Positions 1-9,115 of a stretch of DNA of 41,772 nucleotides are shown piece by piece. The position numbers were made by a program, and so were the translations under genes. The stretch is taken from positions 1 through 41,772 of IMG/VR virus record IMGVR_UViG_3300032225_002083. One strand, written 5' to 3'. Under the pieces are notes generated by a model, which did no database searches, had not been told where the DNA came from, and worked only from the letters and a program-made list of their open reading frames with translations. Position 1 is the stretch's first letter. Each line of letters begins with the position of its first letter. The DNA comes from a virus (lineage: Duplodnaviria > Caudoviricetes).

Positions 1-207
1 AATGACGACCATAACACATTTGATTGGGTTATTACTTGTTTAATGAAGATTTGTAAACATGAAAATGAACAAGCTACACAGTGTGCTCATATTGTTCATT
101 ATAATGGAAAATGTGACGTTAAATATGGTGACATTGAAACTATCGCAACGCTAAAAGATAAAATGAGAAGCGCTGGATTAAGTGCTACTATGGAAGCTAA
201 CAACTAA
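1..207 (+). CDS. clpS: ATP-dependent Clp protease adaptor ClpS, 5'-truncated by the window edge
   Basis: Not in the ORF track. Frame 1 reads NDDHNTFDWVITCLMKICKHENEQATQCAHIVHYNGKCDVKYG...LSATMEANN-stop (TAA 205-207). NDDxNTFDxVI and EQAxQCAxIVHxxGKC match the Bacteroidota-type ClpS signature. Confidence 0.85.
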   Translation, partial: NDDHNTFDWVITCLMKICKHENEQATQCAHIVHYNGKCDVKYGDIETIATLKDKMRSAGLSATMEANN

Positions 208-212
208 CTTAC

Positions 213-238
213 AAAAGACACAGAAATGTGTCTTTTTT
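213..238. terminator. Bidirectional intrinsic terminator between convergent clpS and terL
   Basis: AAAAGACACA-GAAA-TGTGTCTTTT hairpin with a GAAA loop, flanked by A and T tracts. Confidence 0.8.
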
Positions 239-2385
239 TATTTACCAAACCAGTTAGTACCGTTTCCACCAAACCCATTATTATTGGCTTTGAATCTATT
301 CATTTGTTGTTTTCTTATTTTTAGAACTTGACCATAGTCAACTCCCTCTACATAATCCATATTTTTTAAAGACTCATTGACATAAGCCATAAAGTCCTTA
401 TCAACAAATTTAGTTGACCATTCTTCAACCATTTCAGTAAAGTCATGTCTACCAAATACCGTAGTAGCATTGACAATAGTCATCACAGTATCATCATGAC
501 CAACATCTGCGGCATATCTTGTATTACCAGCTGATGTAGTGTGTTTAACAAATGTTGTTATTTCTCTAATATTATCCTCATTGTTTATGACAAAACCTTT
601 ACTTTGCATTAACTCTTGATAGTCTTTAACCATCATATTCTTATTCTCTCCAACTTTTAATCCTACTTTTTCTTCAGTAGCATCTGCTCTATGTTTATAT
701 CGAACAAATACAGAAGAACCATAATTATTATTACCATCAAAAACGTGTGGTAGCTCAGCAAATAAAGTATTACCATAATTATTTAACTCGACAACTACCT
801 TACAATTATCAGGATTCAAGTACTCGAATACAATCATATAAAGTAACTCAGCCAATTGCTTAACTGATATGTAGTTATTTCTATAAATACCAACTTGTTC
901 TAATCTAAAAAAGTCAACAACAGATTTATAATTATTTTTCTGTATCTCTATTAAATCTCTTGGTTTCTCAGAAACTCTAAATATATTAATAATAGAATAA
1001 TCCTGACCAAGACCTTCTGAAATATCGACTGATATAACATACTTGTAATCTTTTCTCATAAGAGGTAAGAAACTATCATCATCTTCAACCCACTTCAAAT
1101 CAGTATAACTAAATTTTAATCTTCTATCAAATTCAATAATAGGCTCATGAACATAATGTTTTTTATTTCTCAACAAATCATCAATAATAGCTTCATTCAA
1201 TAATGACTTAGAAGCATTGATAAACCTTAAACCATACTCTTGGTTAAAGGCATCTTCACCACCAATATCTTTAATAGCTTCTTCTTTCCAAGTTGTAACC
1301 TCAGCAATAGCCATAATAGGAACATCATAGCCATTTTTATCAATAAATGTTAATTTTTTAACATCTTCATCTGTACACTTATCATCATTAAAGACATTAA
1401 TAACATCTTTAAGTAAGTCCATATTATATTCCATAAAGACTTTTGTTTGACTACCCCAATTTTGATTAACTAAATCAAATATTTCCTCTTTAGTTACACC
1501 ATGTTCATATAGTTTATGAGCATTTAATCTAATATAGGTCACAAATCGACCCGGTACTTGATACCAATAAACTCTCATTGGTTTATAGTTATTCTTCATT
1601 GGATCACCCTCAGGTCTCTCAGCATCAGTTAATAATCTATGGAATAGATTCATACCATTTGGAGTAGAAGTAATAATAATCTTTGAGTTTTGAACAGCAG
1701 CAGTCGTTGGAAAAGCGGCAGTATAGTATGGTTCAATAATATTTGAAGGAATGTGAGCAAACTCATCTAAATAAAGTACGTCAATGGTAAAACCAATAGC
1801 TGGTGTCTTTGTTCTAGCAGATGTTTTAATTCTACACCCGTTCTCAAATGTTAGTGACTTTTGATTCCAAGTTTTAATACCTGGCTTTAAAAAGAAAGGT
1901 AATAGCGAGTAGATTGATTTAATCTTATCAACAATCTCAACAGCTGTATCACCTTTGTTGGCTACAATCATTATATTCCTATCATTATCAAATAAGATTT
2001 TATGTAACATGAAAATAGAAGATGAGATTGTTTTACCAACCTGACGAGATGCCATTAAAATACTAAATCTATTATTAACAAAACTATCAAGCATTTCTTT
2101 TTGATAATCTCTTAGCTTAATAGAACCAATAGAACCATCCTCTCTTTTTACTTTACAATATTTTTCTACAAAGTAATGAACATCTAAAGCACATCTAACA
2201 TATTCTTGTTGTTCATCAGCGGTCATCCTAAATGAAACACCGGCTCGTCTCAAGCCCACTTCACTCTTTAACCAAGGGTTTTGATATCTTTTAACGACTA
2301 TACCATCGTTAATTTTATCAGTAGCCTCGTCTACTAATTTGGTTGTAAAAACCATTTGTCTTTCTTGTTGTGGAGCAAATGCCAT
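238..2385 (-). CDS. terL: Terminase large subunit, T4 gp17-like
   Basis: Q motif LRDYQ, Walker A ASRQVGKT, Walker B VLYLDEFAH, coupling motif ITSTPNG, RNase H-like nuclease ISVDISEGLGQDYS, VELNNYG and GHDD. Confidence 0.95.
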   Translation of the reverse strand: MAFAPQQERQMVFTTKLVDEATDKINDGIVVKRYQNPWLKSEVGLRRAGVSFRMTADEQQEYVRCALDVHYFVEKYCKVKREDGSIGSIKLRDYQKEMLDSFVNNRFSILMASRQVGKTISSSIFMLHKILFDNDRNIMIVANKGDTAVEIVDKIKSIYSLLPFFLKPGIKTWNQKSLTFENGCRIKTSARTKTPAIGFTIDVLYLDEFAHIPSNIIEPYYTAAFPTTAAVQNSKIIITSTPNGMNLFHRLLTDAERPEGDPMKNNYKPMRVYWYQVPGRFVTYIRLNAHKLYEHGVTKEEIFDLVNQNWGSQTKVFMEYNMDLLKDVINVFNDDKCTDEDVKKLTFIDKNGYDVPIMAIAEVTTWKEEAIKDIGGEDAFNQEYGLRFINASKSLLNEAIIDDLLRNKKHYVHEPIIEFDRRLKFSYTDLKWVEDDDSFLPLMRKDYKYVISVDISEGLGQDYSIINIFRVSEKPRDLIEIQKNNYKSVVDFFRLEQVGIYRNNYISVKQLAELLYMIVFEYLNPDNCKVVVELNNYGNTLFAELPHVFDGNNNYGSSVFVRYKHRADATEEKVGLKVGENKNMMVKDYQELMQSKGFVINNEDNIREITTFVKHTTSAGNTRYAADVGHDDTVMTIVNATTVFGRHDFTEMVEEWSTKFVDKDFMAYVNESLKNMDYVEGVDYGQVLKIRKQQMNRFKANNNGFGGNGTNWFGK

Positions 2386-2404
2386 ATTTTAGGAAAAGAT
2401 AATT

Positions 2405-2418
2405 TTTAATATATATTG
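2405..2418. promoter_or_regulatory. Putative late-promoter motif, near-palindromic, serving the divergent terL/terS pair
   Basis: TTTAATATATATTG gives TTTAATATATA on + and CAATATATA on -. The same motif recurs before many genes. Confidence 0.5.
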
Positions 2419-2434
2419 TAAAAAACCGCCTTCT

Positions 2435-3073
2435 ATGTCAAAAACAGAGAATGAAAGAAATAGAATCAAAGATGAATTCGATGAAATCCAGTCGGAAAGT
2501 GGCGAATTTGATATCAGTAAACACCTTGCTAGACCTGAGGATCTACCAGATTTGGGTGAAATAGAAATATATGATTATGACTCAGATATGACAGTTGCAA
2601 GTCAACAGTCTATGGAAGTATTAGAATCACTTATTGATTTATATTTAAGTGATGTACCTCAATTAAAAGAACATCCTTATATAAGAAATAAAATGAGAGA
2701 AGATGCTAAGGTTTATGCCGAAACAATCTTCTTATCAAAAATGACTAGAAAGAACTTCTTATCACAATTAAGACAAGTTGATAATGGTGATAACTCAGCA
2801 AGAATGCATGAAGTTGTCAATCAAACTATTGGTCAAATTAGAGAAAACTCTAAATTTTCATCAACACAAAGAACTGAACTTGAAAAATTCTATAAAGGAT
2901 TAAGAAAAGATTTAGGTCTTAATGAAATTGAGAACCCAGAAGTTATCAAAGCTCAAAACATAGCGGCTGAGGAATCGGCAGGTGAGTCAATAGGTGGTGG
3001 AGAGATAATGGATAATAGGAAACTTAATGATTTAATTAAGAATGCTATGATTAATAAAGAAAAAGATAAGTAA
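2435..3073 (+). CDS. Probable terminase small subunit (gp16-like)
   Basis: Divergent from terL and helical. SARMHEVVNQTIGQI resembles the PRAYEVxxQLI core of T4-like TerS, and C-terminal NRKLNDLIK resembles the TerS tail. Weak similarity judged by eye. Confidence 0.5.
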   Translation: MSKTENERNRIKDEFDEIQSESGEFDISKHLARPEDLPDLGEIEIYDYDSDMTVASQQSMEVLESLIDLYLSDVPQLKEHPYIRNKMREDAKVYAETIFLSKMTRKNFLSQLRQVDNGDNSARMHEVVNQTIGQIRENSKFSSTQRTELEKFYKGLRKDLGLNEIENPEVIKAQNIAAEESAGESIGGGEIMDNRKLNDLIKNAMINKEKDK

Positions 3074-3919
3074 TTATTTCCACTTAAAGCTCTCAAATAC
3101 AGTTATTAAGTTACTAAATTGAATATCTACTTTTGTAGTTACAAATCTATTAACTTTATTACTACTAACATAGTTGACATATAGTGTGTGCTTTTTAGAT
3201 TTCAATTCTTCTTTAACTCTTTCTTTTATATCAGTATCTGTATTTGATGTAATAATAGTTAAAACTCTATTGGATTCTTTTGCCAACTTTATAGTATTTT
3301 CTTCATCATCATAAAAGAAAAGTTCATCATATTGTTCTAACTCCTCATCGGTGAATTTATCACCATCAGTTTTTAGACCAACAATGTGTTGTAATAACAA
3401 TCTAACTTTCTTATGTGATATATTATCTAAGTTTCTATTATAAAAAGTCTCAGATATATAATAAAACTTCTTAATAAATAGACCATTTTCTTTTAGTTTA
3501 TCTTCTATTTTAGAAACCATTAGCTCATAATTTGACTTATTATTCTTTGAACAGATAACATAAATATCATCATCAGTATTTTTAAGATGTAAAATATTTT
3601 CTAAATTAATAATATATTCTAAATTTTCTATTAATTCTTTATTCATAAACTCTTGCATTGAAAAAGCAAGATTTGAAATATCTGATTTATAGTTTTTAGC
3701 TTTAATTTTTAACTTTTCAAAAATTTCTGTAGACATCCAATAGATGTGTCCACCAAATTCAATAGAGTTACCTTGATTTCTATAAATACCATTTTTAATC
3801 AAATTAAAATCCGATTTTGATATTTTCATAATAGGTAGATTTGGTTTAGTTTTATCAACTATCCAAACCATACTATTAGTATTTAATATTGTGTCTAAAT
3901 CAAAAAAATGTGCTTTCAT
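3074..3919 (-). CDS. HAD-superfamily-like protein
   Basis: N-terminal HFFDLDT (motif I DxD), IYVICSK (motif II position), K, and LFFYDDEENTI (motif IV). Confidence 0.55.
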   Translation of the reverse strand: MKAHFFDLDTILNTNSMVWIVDKTKPNLPIMKISKSDFNLIKNGIYRNQGNSIEFGGHIYWMSTEIFEKLKIKAKNYKSDISNLAFSMQEFMNKELIENLEYIINLENILHLKNTDDDIYVICSKNNKSNYELMVSKIEDKLKENGLFIKKFYYISETFYNRNLDNISHKKVRLLLQHIVGLKTDGDKFTDEELEQYDELFFYDDEENTIKLAKESNRVLTIITSNTDTDIKERVKEELKSKKHTLYVNYVSSNKVNRFVTTKVDIQFSNLITVFESFKWK

Positions 3920-4200
3920 TATAATTTATAATTTGTTACTTTATATTTTATTTGATGAGACATGCCATCAAATCTACTACCCTCATAAGTTTTTTCTTTC
4001 CATTCAACACCACCGCTTAACTCAGTAGCAAAGCTTCTACATTTTGGACATTCAGATGGTGGTAATTTTTGCACTTCATTTAAAACATTATCAATCTTAG
4101 ATGTTCTTGGATCGGTTTTTAATTCAACCATATCAGCTTCCGTATAAAGAAAAGTTCCTTTACACCAAGGGTTACTACAAACTTTTTTCATTTGTTCCAT
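3919..4200 (-). CDS. Small Zn-ribbon-like hypothetical protein
   Basis: CSNPWC and CPKC pairs. Preceded by TTTAATATATA (4205-4215) and coupled to the next gene by a TAATG overlap. Confidence 0.65.
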   Translation of the reverse strand: MEQMKKVCSNPWCKGTFLYTEADMVELKTDPRTSKIDNVLNEVQKLPPSECPKCRSFATELSGGVEWKEKTYEGSRFDGMSHQIKYKVTNYKL

Positions 4201-4216
4201 AAAGTATATATTAAAT

Positions 4217-4247
4217 AAAAAATCCCGTCATTTCTAACGGGATTTTT
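4217..4247 (-). terminator. Intrinsic terminator
   Basis: AAAAATCCCGT-loop-ACGGGATTTTT inverted repeat downstream of 4262..4729. Confidence 0.75.
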
Positions 4248-4261
4248 AATATTTTATGTTT

Positions 4262-4729
4262 TTAGTATTTTACCATACTTCTACTTATTGCAAAATTATA
4301 AAGTGTTGGCAGGTTTAAGTATTTCATAAATCCTTCTCTTATATCTAAGAGTGTTTTTGACTTTTTAACTATATTAACTATCAAAAACCCAAATTCTTCT
4401 TGAAATTCTAAATAACAATCACACCAGGGTCGGTTATAGTGGTCTAATGAGTTCCATTCTTTGTATCCACCTGATAACCAATATAAAGCTTTTTCAGGGG
4501 TTATATTTTCATATATCATTTTTTTATCAATCACTGTATTCCAAATTGGATCGTTCCAGTCAGATTTTCTCATTAATATTGACACCGCTTCTGCTAAGTC
4601 TGATGTCATTTCTGGTCCAATCTCAAAGAAGTAATCATTTCCTTCTTTTGTAACTCTCAACTCCTTCTGATTCAAAATTTCATTAGCTTCTTGTTTTTTA
4701 ACTTCAAAAGCAATTCTTTTTCTCTTCAT
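4262..4729 (-). CDS. Hypothetical protein
   Basis: 155-aa ORF with ATG start and phage-typical composition; no motif recognised. Confidence 0.7.
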   Translation of the reverse strand: MKRKRIAFEVKKQEANEILNQKELRVTKEGNDYFFEIGPEMTSDLAEAVSILMRKSDWNDPIWNTVIDKKMIYENITPEKALYWLSGGYKEWNSLDHYNRPWCDCYLEFQEEFGFLIVNIVKKSKTLLDIREGFMKYLNLPTLYNFAISRSMVKY

Positions 4730-4747
4730 AATAATTTGTGTTAATTT

Positions 4748-5041
4748 TTATATCTGTGTAAGATTAATACCGCTTAGCCATTTCCCTTTGAAATTGCCGC
4801 TTTCCCATATACCATTTTCCCAGTTTCCATAAAAGTTTCCGTTTTTAAAAATACCGTAGTACCAGTCCCCTGTATAGAAACTACCATTATTCCATATAAG
4901 TGTGTTATTTTTTATTTCTAATTGAGCATTCTCAATTTCTGAGTCAATAAGCCAATAGAATTTCTCTTTAAGAAGAATATCGTGTATCTCATTAGCATTT
5001 GTGTATGTCTTTCCACGATAGTTTAGTTCTGAATATCTCAT
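4748..5041 (-). CDS. Hypothetical protein with (W/F)xxGx pentapeptide-like repeats (probable beta-solenoid)
   Basis: C-terminal half WNNGS FYTGD WYYGI FKNGN FYGN WENGI WESGN FKGK WLSG. Confidence 0.7.
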   Translation of the reverse strand: MRYSELNYRGKTYTNANEIHDILLKEKFYWLIDSEIENAQLEIKNNTLIWNNGSFYTGDWYYGIFKNGNFYGNWENGIWESGNFKGKWLSGINLTQI

Positions 5042-5154
5042 AATAAAATATGAATTTGTATGACTTATATATTCTATTTTTTTATTATCAAATAGACAAT
5101 CGTGGAATTTGTTAAAATTTTAAAGGTTGGTAAAAAAAAATATATTTTAAAATA

Positions 5155-5182
5155 AAAAAACCGGACATATGTCCGGTTTTTT
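5155..5182 (-). terminator. Intrinsic terminator (perfect palindrome)
   Basis: AAAAAACCGGACAT-ATGTCCGGTTTTTT downstream of 5209..5700. Confidence 0.8.
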
Positions 5183-5208
5183 AAGAATATGTAAAAAAGT
5201 AATTTTTT

Positions 5209-5700
5209 TTATTTACTAAGGTTGTTCAAAAATTCTACTTCTCTCTTAGTCAAAGAAGTCATACCAGTAGAAGAAATCTTATCAAGGATAGTATCTACAT
5301 CTAATTCTTCAACATTACCAATCAAGTCTTCGATAAAGATGTTACTAACTTCATTAGTTTTAACAACTTTAACTTTTTTAGTTTGAGCTGGAGTTTTTGG
5401 AACTTCTACTGAATCGATAGCTTTGATAACATCATAGTCAGCATCAGTTAAAGATTTGCTATATGGTTGAAAAACACATAAACCAATTTCACCAGTCTTA
5501 GCCATCACAAGGTTAGTATCACCACCATCATAAATAAACCAGATTGTTGTATATTCTTCAACTAAATTAGCTAAAAAGTCACCATCAAGTTTAAGATAGT
5601 CAGCAATAAATTTAATTCTTGTGTTAGAGAATTTTTTACCGTTTTTGTTTCTTAATTCTAAGTGAACAATTTTGTCGATGTCGATATTCATAGCTTTCAT
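5209..5700 (-). CDS. Putative early protein with a C-terminal DUF6576-like helical domain
   Basis: Start moved to ATG 5700 because the TTG at 5727 lies inside the -7 promoter box. C-terminus VDTILDKISSTGMTSLTKREVEFL resembles the IDxILDKIxxxGxxSLTxxExxFL domain found at the end of Bacteroidota rhomboid proteases. Confidence 0.65.
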   Translation of the reverse strand: MKAMNIDIDKIVHLELRNKNGKKFSNTRIKFIADYLKLDGDFLANLVEEYTTIWFIYDGGDTNLVMAKTGEIGLCVFQPYSKSLTDADYDVIKAIDSVEVPKTPAQTKKVKVVKTNEVSNIFIEDLIGNVEELDVDTILDKISSTGMTSLTKREVEFLNNLSK

Positions 5701-5724
5701 TTTTGTAGTGGTTAATTTGTTATA

Positions 5725-5756
5725 CAAATATAAGGATAAGTTTTCTATTTGTCAAA
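5725..5756 (-). promoter_or_regulatory. Bacteroidota primary-sigma promoter (proximal)
   Basis: Minus strand reads TTTG-acaaatagaaaacttatcct (20 nt)-TATATTTG, i.e. -33 TTTG and -7 TAnnTTTG. Confidence 0.8.
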
Positions 5757-5800
5757 TTTATTTTATTTTTTATTTGATTATCATATAAAACTTAACTATA

Positions 5801-5831
5801 CAAATATAACGATTATTATTGAATTGTCAAA
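5801..5831 (-). promoter_or_regulatory. Bacteroidota primary-sigma promoter (distal, tandem)
   Basis: Minus strand reads TTTG-acaattcaataataatcgt (19 nt)-TATATTTG. Both copies extend to TTTGACAA...TTATATTTGTATA. Confidence 0.8.
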
Positions 5832-5881
5832 ATTCAACAAAAGATATTTAATATATATTGTTGAAAAAATTATATTCATTC

Positions 5882-8494
5882 ATGAAATATCTAAGTAACA
5901 GAGATGAGTTTATAAAAAGAAGTATTGATAAAATCAACGAATACAAAAGCTATGATGCTTTAGAACCTCTAAATGAGGCAATAGAAAGTGGTCCATTTGC
6001 TAATGATATACCTTGGGGTAACTCCTTAGTAGGTAGATTAGTAAATCGTCTTATGAGAAATGCAAAAAAGGGCGCTAACTTAGTTAGAATTAAATCCGTT
6101 ATTAACAAACTTAAAGATGCAATGGATGATATATTAGATGGTCCAGCCAAAGAAGCATTATCGTCTAATGAAAATGAGAAAGAGTTACATCGTCTTATTG
6201 TTTTTTCATTTATTGATAACTTAGAAAAATCTGTAAAAGAAGGTGAAGAATTACAAATAATAATAAACTTAACTAAAAATGCAATTGATGACATTAAAAA
6301 GTATGATGATATTGATAATAAAGATTCTCTTATTAGTCAGTTGGAGGAATTTTTAAAATTCTTAGAAGGATTAAAAGAAAATAAAGATGAAAAACCTAAG
6401 GAAGAAAAAGACGAAGACTCTGGTGTTCGTGAATTATTTTATGATAATAGTGTTAAATTAATAAAGTCAACTCTATTAATATGTGATGTTATAAAAAATG
6501 AAAAAATAAAATATAATAAATCTTTAGTAGGTAATAAGAAGAAACAAACAACACCTCAGACTACACAACAACAAAAGACTACACAACCAACAAAGGTTGA
6601 GAATTCAGTTATGGCTGAAAGATTTTTCTATGAGAATGAATCTCTTCCAATATTTGAATCTGAATTAGGAGCAAACGAGACTAAAGTTATATATGCTTGG
6701 TCAAAAGTTGAGAATGCCTACAAAAATTCAGGAATTGCTAATATGGTTGCTAGAATGCAAGAACTTATTAAAAACTCAGAATCAGGTGAGAATGCCGAGT
6801 TATATAAAAAGACTATAAGTAAAATAGGCTACCAAGTAGTTATGAATGAACAAACTATTGGTAAAAATATGTTAAGTCTCGATGCTCTTGTTAAAGAAGA
6901 ATTAAATCCAGATTCGGAAAATGATATACCAAAGGCTATCTCACTATTAGGTAATGTTGTTTTAGCATTCAAAGATGATTTAGGTTTAGCATCTCAGTTA
7001 ATAGAGGCTAATCAACCTATTAAAGACTTTATTACTTCTTATGACAAATTAAAAGAACTTTTACCAAAATTAAAAACTTATCAAGATAAAGCTAAGGAAG
7101 TTAAGGAAGGAGAAAATAAAGAAGAAGTTAAAAAAGAATCAAGACTATTAAGATATAGTAACTTTATTTCTATAAACGAAGCTGATGAAGAAACTAAAGA
7201 CGAAGCTGATGAAGAAACTAAAGACGAAGAGGTAAGTGCACCTACAGTTATGACAACTACTCAAAAAATTCAAGATTATTGGGATAAAAAAATTGATGTC
7301 AAAGCATTTACTTTAGAAAAAACTGAAGTTATTAAAATGAAACAGAAGTTTGATAAAATATCTAAAGAAGAAGAAAATAAAGAAAAATTCTGGATTTATG
7401 ATATTGATCCAATTATCGAGATAGTTAAATGTTTTAATAGAGCTTATAAGTTACACACAACTCCGGTTATTCCTAATGTAGGAACAACTGATGGTCGTGT
7501 AAGTGCTTCTACTTTTGCACAATATACTCCTTTTGGTGGAGGTAATAAAATGAACGCTGGTTTATCTGGCGGACCTTATAGAAATAATGCCATTTTTGAC
7601 CAATGGGAAAATGCAGTAATGGACATCATAAAAGGAACTAAATATCAAAAAATATTTAGAAAAGAAGTTGTTATTAAAACAAAAGATGGTAATGAAATAA
7701 AAAATGCCGGACAAAATCTTCGTAAATTCATGACTGATATGTTAGATGGTGATTCTTTATATAAGTCAGGTGGACAAGGAAGACAGGCTAAGTTTCTTGA
7801 TGAATACTTTGGATGGAAGGGTGACCAAACTCAACTTGAAATCAAAGGCAGTGGTGATGGTAAAAATAACGAAAAGAACGCAGATGGTATAAAAACTAAA
7901 AAAATGAGATTTATCAACACACCATTAAAAATTGAAAAAAATGAAGATTTAAAAGAAACATTTTTTGCTGCTAATACAAACGATAGAAAACAATTATACT
8001 TTTACATACAGGATGTAAAAGGAACTGATTTATACATATCTTACTGTAGTAGTATGTACTTCTTCAAAAAATATATCGAAGAATCTGAAAAAATTGGAAC
8101 TGAACTAGATAAAGGTAAGTTAGACTTTGGAGTTAATACTGGAAAAGATAAACAAGGTGGTGAGGAATACAAAATATATGGATTTAAAGTACCGGTTGAC
8201 AAAGTTATTGATAAAGATGGTAATTTCCGTTTAAATGGTGAGCATGTTGCTAAAACTATATTAAAGTATCAAGAAGGTAAAAATAAAAGTGGCTCTACAA
8301 GTTTAACAGAACAAGAAATAAACTTTAAGTCATTATGTTCTTTAGGTGAGGTTTCAAAAGATGAAGATGATAAAGAAACAATTAAAAGATTTGCTCTAAA
8401 AAATACACCTACTGCTTCAATATCGAAAAATGGTGGGTTCGTAAATATTTCAGTTGAAAATGATATCAATAAAACATCATTAACTAAGAAGTAA
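5882..8494 (+). CDS. Large Lys/Glu-rich protein, possible internal virion protein
   Basis: Likely start ATG 5882 (MKYLSNRDEF), downstream of TTTAATATATA at 5847-5857. Contains an internal LLRYSNFISINE motif and acidic linkers; no enzyme motif recognised. Confidence 0.65.
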   Translation: MKYLSNRDEFIKRSIDKINEYKSYDALEPLNEAIESGPFANDIPWGNSLVGRLVNRLMRNAKKGANLVRIKSVINKLKDAMDDILDGPAKEALSSNENEKELHRLIVFSFIDNLEKSVKEGEELQIIINLTKNAIDDIKKYDDIDNKDSLISQLEEFLKFLEGLKENKDEKPKEEKDEDSGVRELFYDNSVKLIKSTLLICDVIKNEKIKYNKSLVGNKKKQTTPQTTQQQKTTQPTKVENSVMAERFFYENESLPIFESELGANETKVIYAWSKVENAYKNSGIANMVARMQELIKNSESGENAELYKKTISKIGYQVVMNEQTIGKNMLSLDALVKEELNPDSENDIPKAISLLGNVVLAFKDDLGLASQLIEANQPIKDFITSYDKLKELLPKLKTYQDKAKEVKEGENKEEVKKESRLLRYSNFISINEADEETKDEADEETKDEEVSAPTVMTTTQKIQDYWDKKIDVKAFTLEKTEVIKMKQKFDKISKEEENKEKFWIYDIDPIIEIVKCFNRAYKLHTTPVIPNVGTTDGRVSASTFAQYTPFGGGNKMNAGLSGGPYRNNAIFDQWENAVMDIIKGTKYQKIFRKEVVIKTKDGNEIKNAGQNLRKFMTDMLDGDSLYKSGGQGRQAKFLDEYFGWKGDQTQLEIKGSGDGKNNEKNADGIKTKKMRFINTPLKIEKNEDLKETFFAANTNDRKQLYFYIQDVKGTDLYISYCSSMYFFKKYIEESEKIGTELDKGKLDFGVNTGKDKQGGEEYKIYGFKVPVDKVIDKDGNFRLNGEHVAKTILKYQEGKNKSGSTSLTEQEINFKSLCSLGEVSKDEDDKETIKRFALKNTPTASISKNGGFVNISVENDINKTSLTKK
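7178..7225 (+). repeat. Exact 24-nt tandem duplication (EADEETKD x2)
   Basis: GAAGCTGATGAAGAAACTAAAGAC at 7178-7201 and 7202-7225. Confidence 0.9.
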
Positions 8495-9054
8495 TGAAAA
8501 CTCTTAAAACATATAAGCTTTTTATAGAAGAATCTGAATTTGATGCAAATATAACAGACGAGCCAGATATTAAAATGGCTAAAGACCAACTATCAGTTAC
8601 TAAAAATCAACTGTCTGAATACAAATCAAAGAAGACTCTAATAGACAACGCATATCTTAAAATAAAATCAGATGCTGATTTGAAAATAAAAGTAGACGAG
8701 ATTGTTGGTAAATCAGATGACAAAACTCCAAAAAATCCTTTTATAGTTGAATATTTACATATTGCAAATTTAAAAAGAAGATTGGATCATCTACAAAATG
8801 ATGTAACAAGTGATAAATTAAAAAAAGATGATTTTAGTGAAGAATTAAAATTATCTCCAGATGATAGTACTAAGCAGTCAGTTAGTGGTAAAATTACTGA
8901 TATTACTAATAGAATATCAACAAATACAGCTAATATAGCATCTTTAATAAAAGATGTGGCTGATGCTCAAAAAGCATTAGATAATAAAATGAAAGATATA
9001 GAAAAAAATATGATGGATAATATCAAAAAGTTGTCAAGTCAAACAACAAAATAG
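8494..9054 (+). CDS. Coiled-coil protein with capsid-targeting-like N-terminus
   Basis: Starts MKTLKTYKLFIEES, has heptad-rich helices, and overlaps the upstream gene by TAATG. Confidence 0.7.
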   Translation: MKTLKTYKLFIEESEFDANITDEPDIKMAKDQLSVTKNQLSEYKSKKTLIDNAYLKIKSDADLKIKVDEIVGKSDDKTPKNPFIVEYLHIANLKRRLDHLQNDVTSDKLKKDDFSEELKLSPDDSTKQSVSGKITDITNRISTNTANIASLIKDVADAQKALDNKMKDIEKNMMDNIKKLSSQTTK

Positions 9055-9115
9055 AAAAAATATCATTTTTTACATTTTATATATACTCTATAACATAAAA
9101 AAAAATATTAAAAAT

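Noticed and set aside
1291-1545. Intein in terL
   Set aside because: No N-terminal Cys/Ser block, no terminal His-Asn followed by Cys/Ser/Thr, no LAGLIDADG motif, and too short.
3074-3919. HAD protein as the missing GmhB heptose-bisphosphate phosphatase
   Set aside because: It lacks GmhB motifs (DRDG, TNQSG, CxH, RKP) and lies more than 30 kb from the operon.
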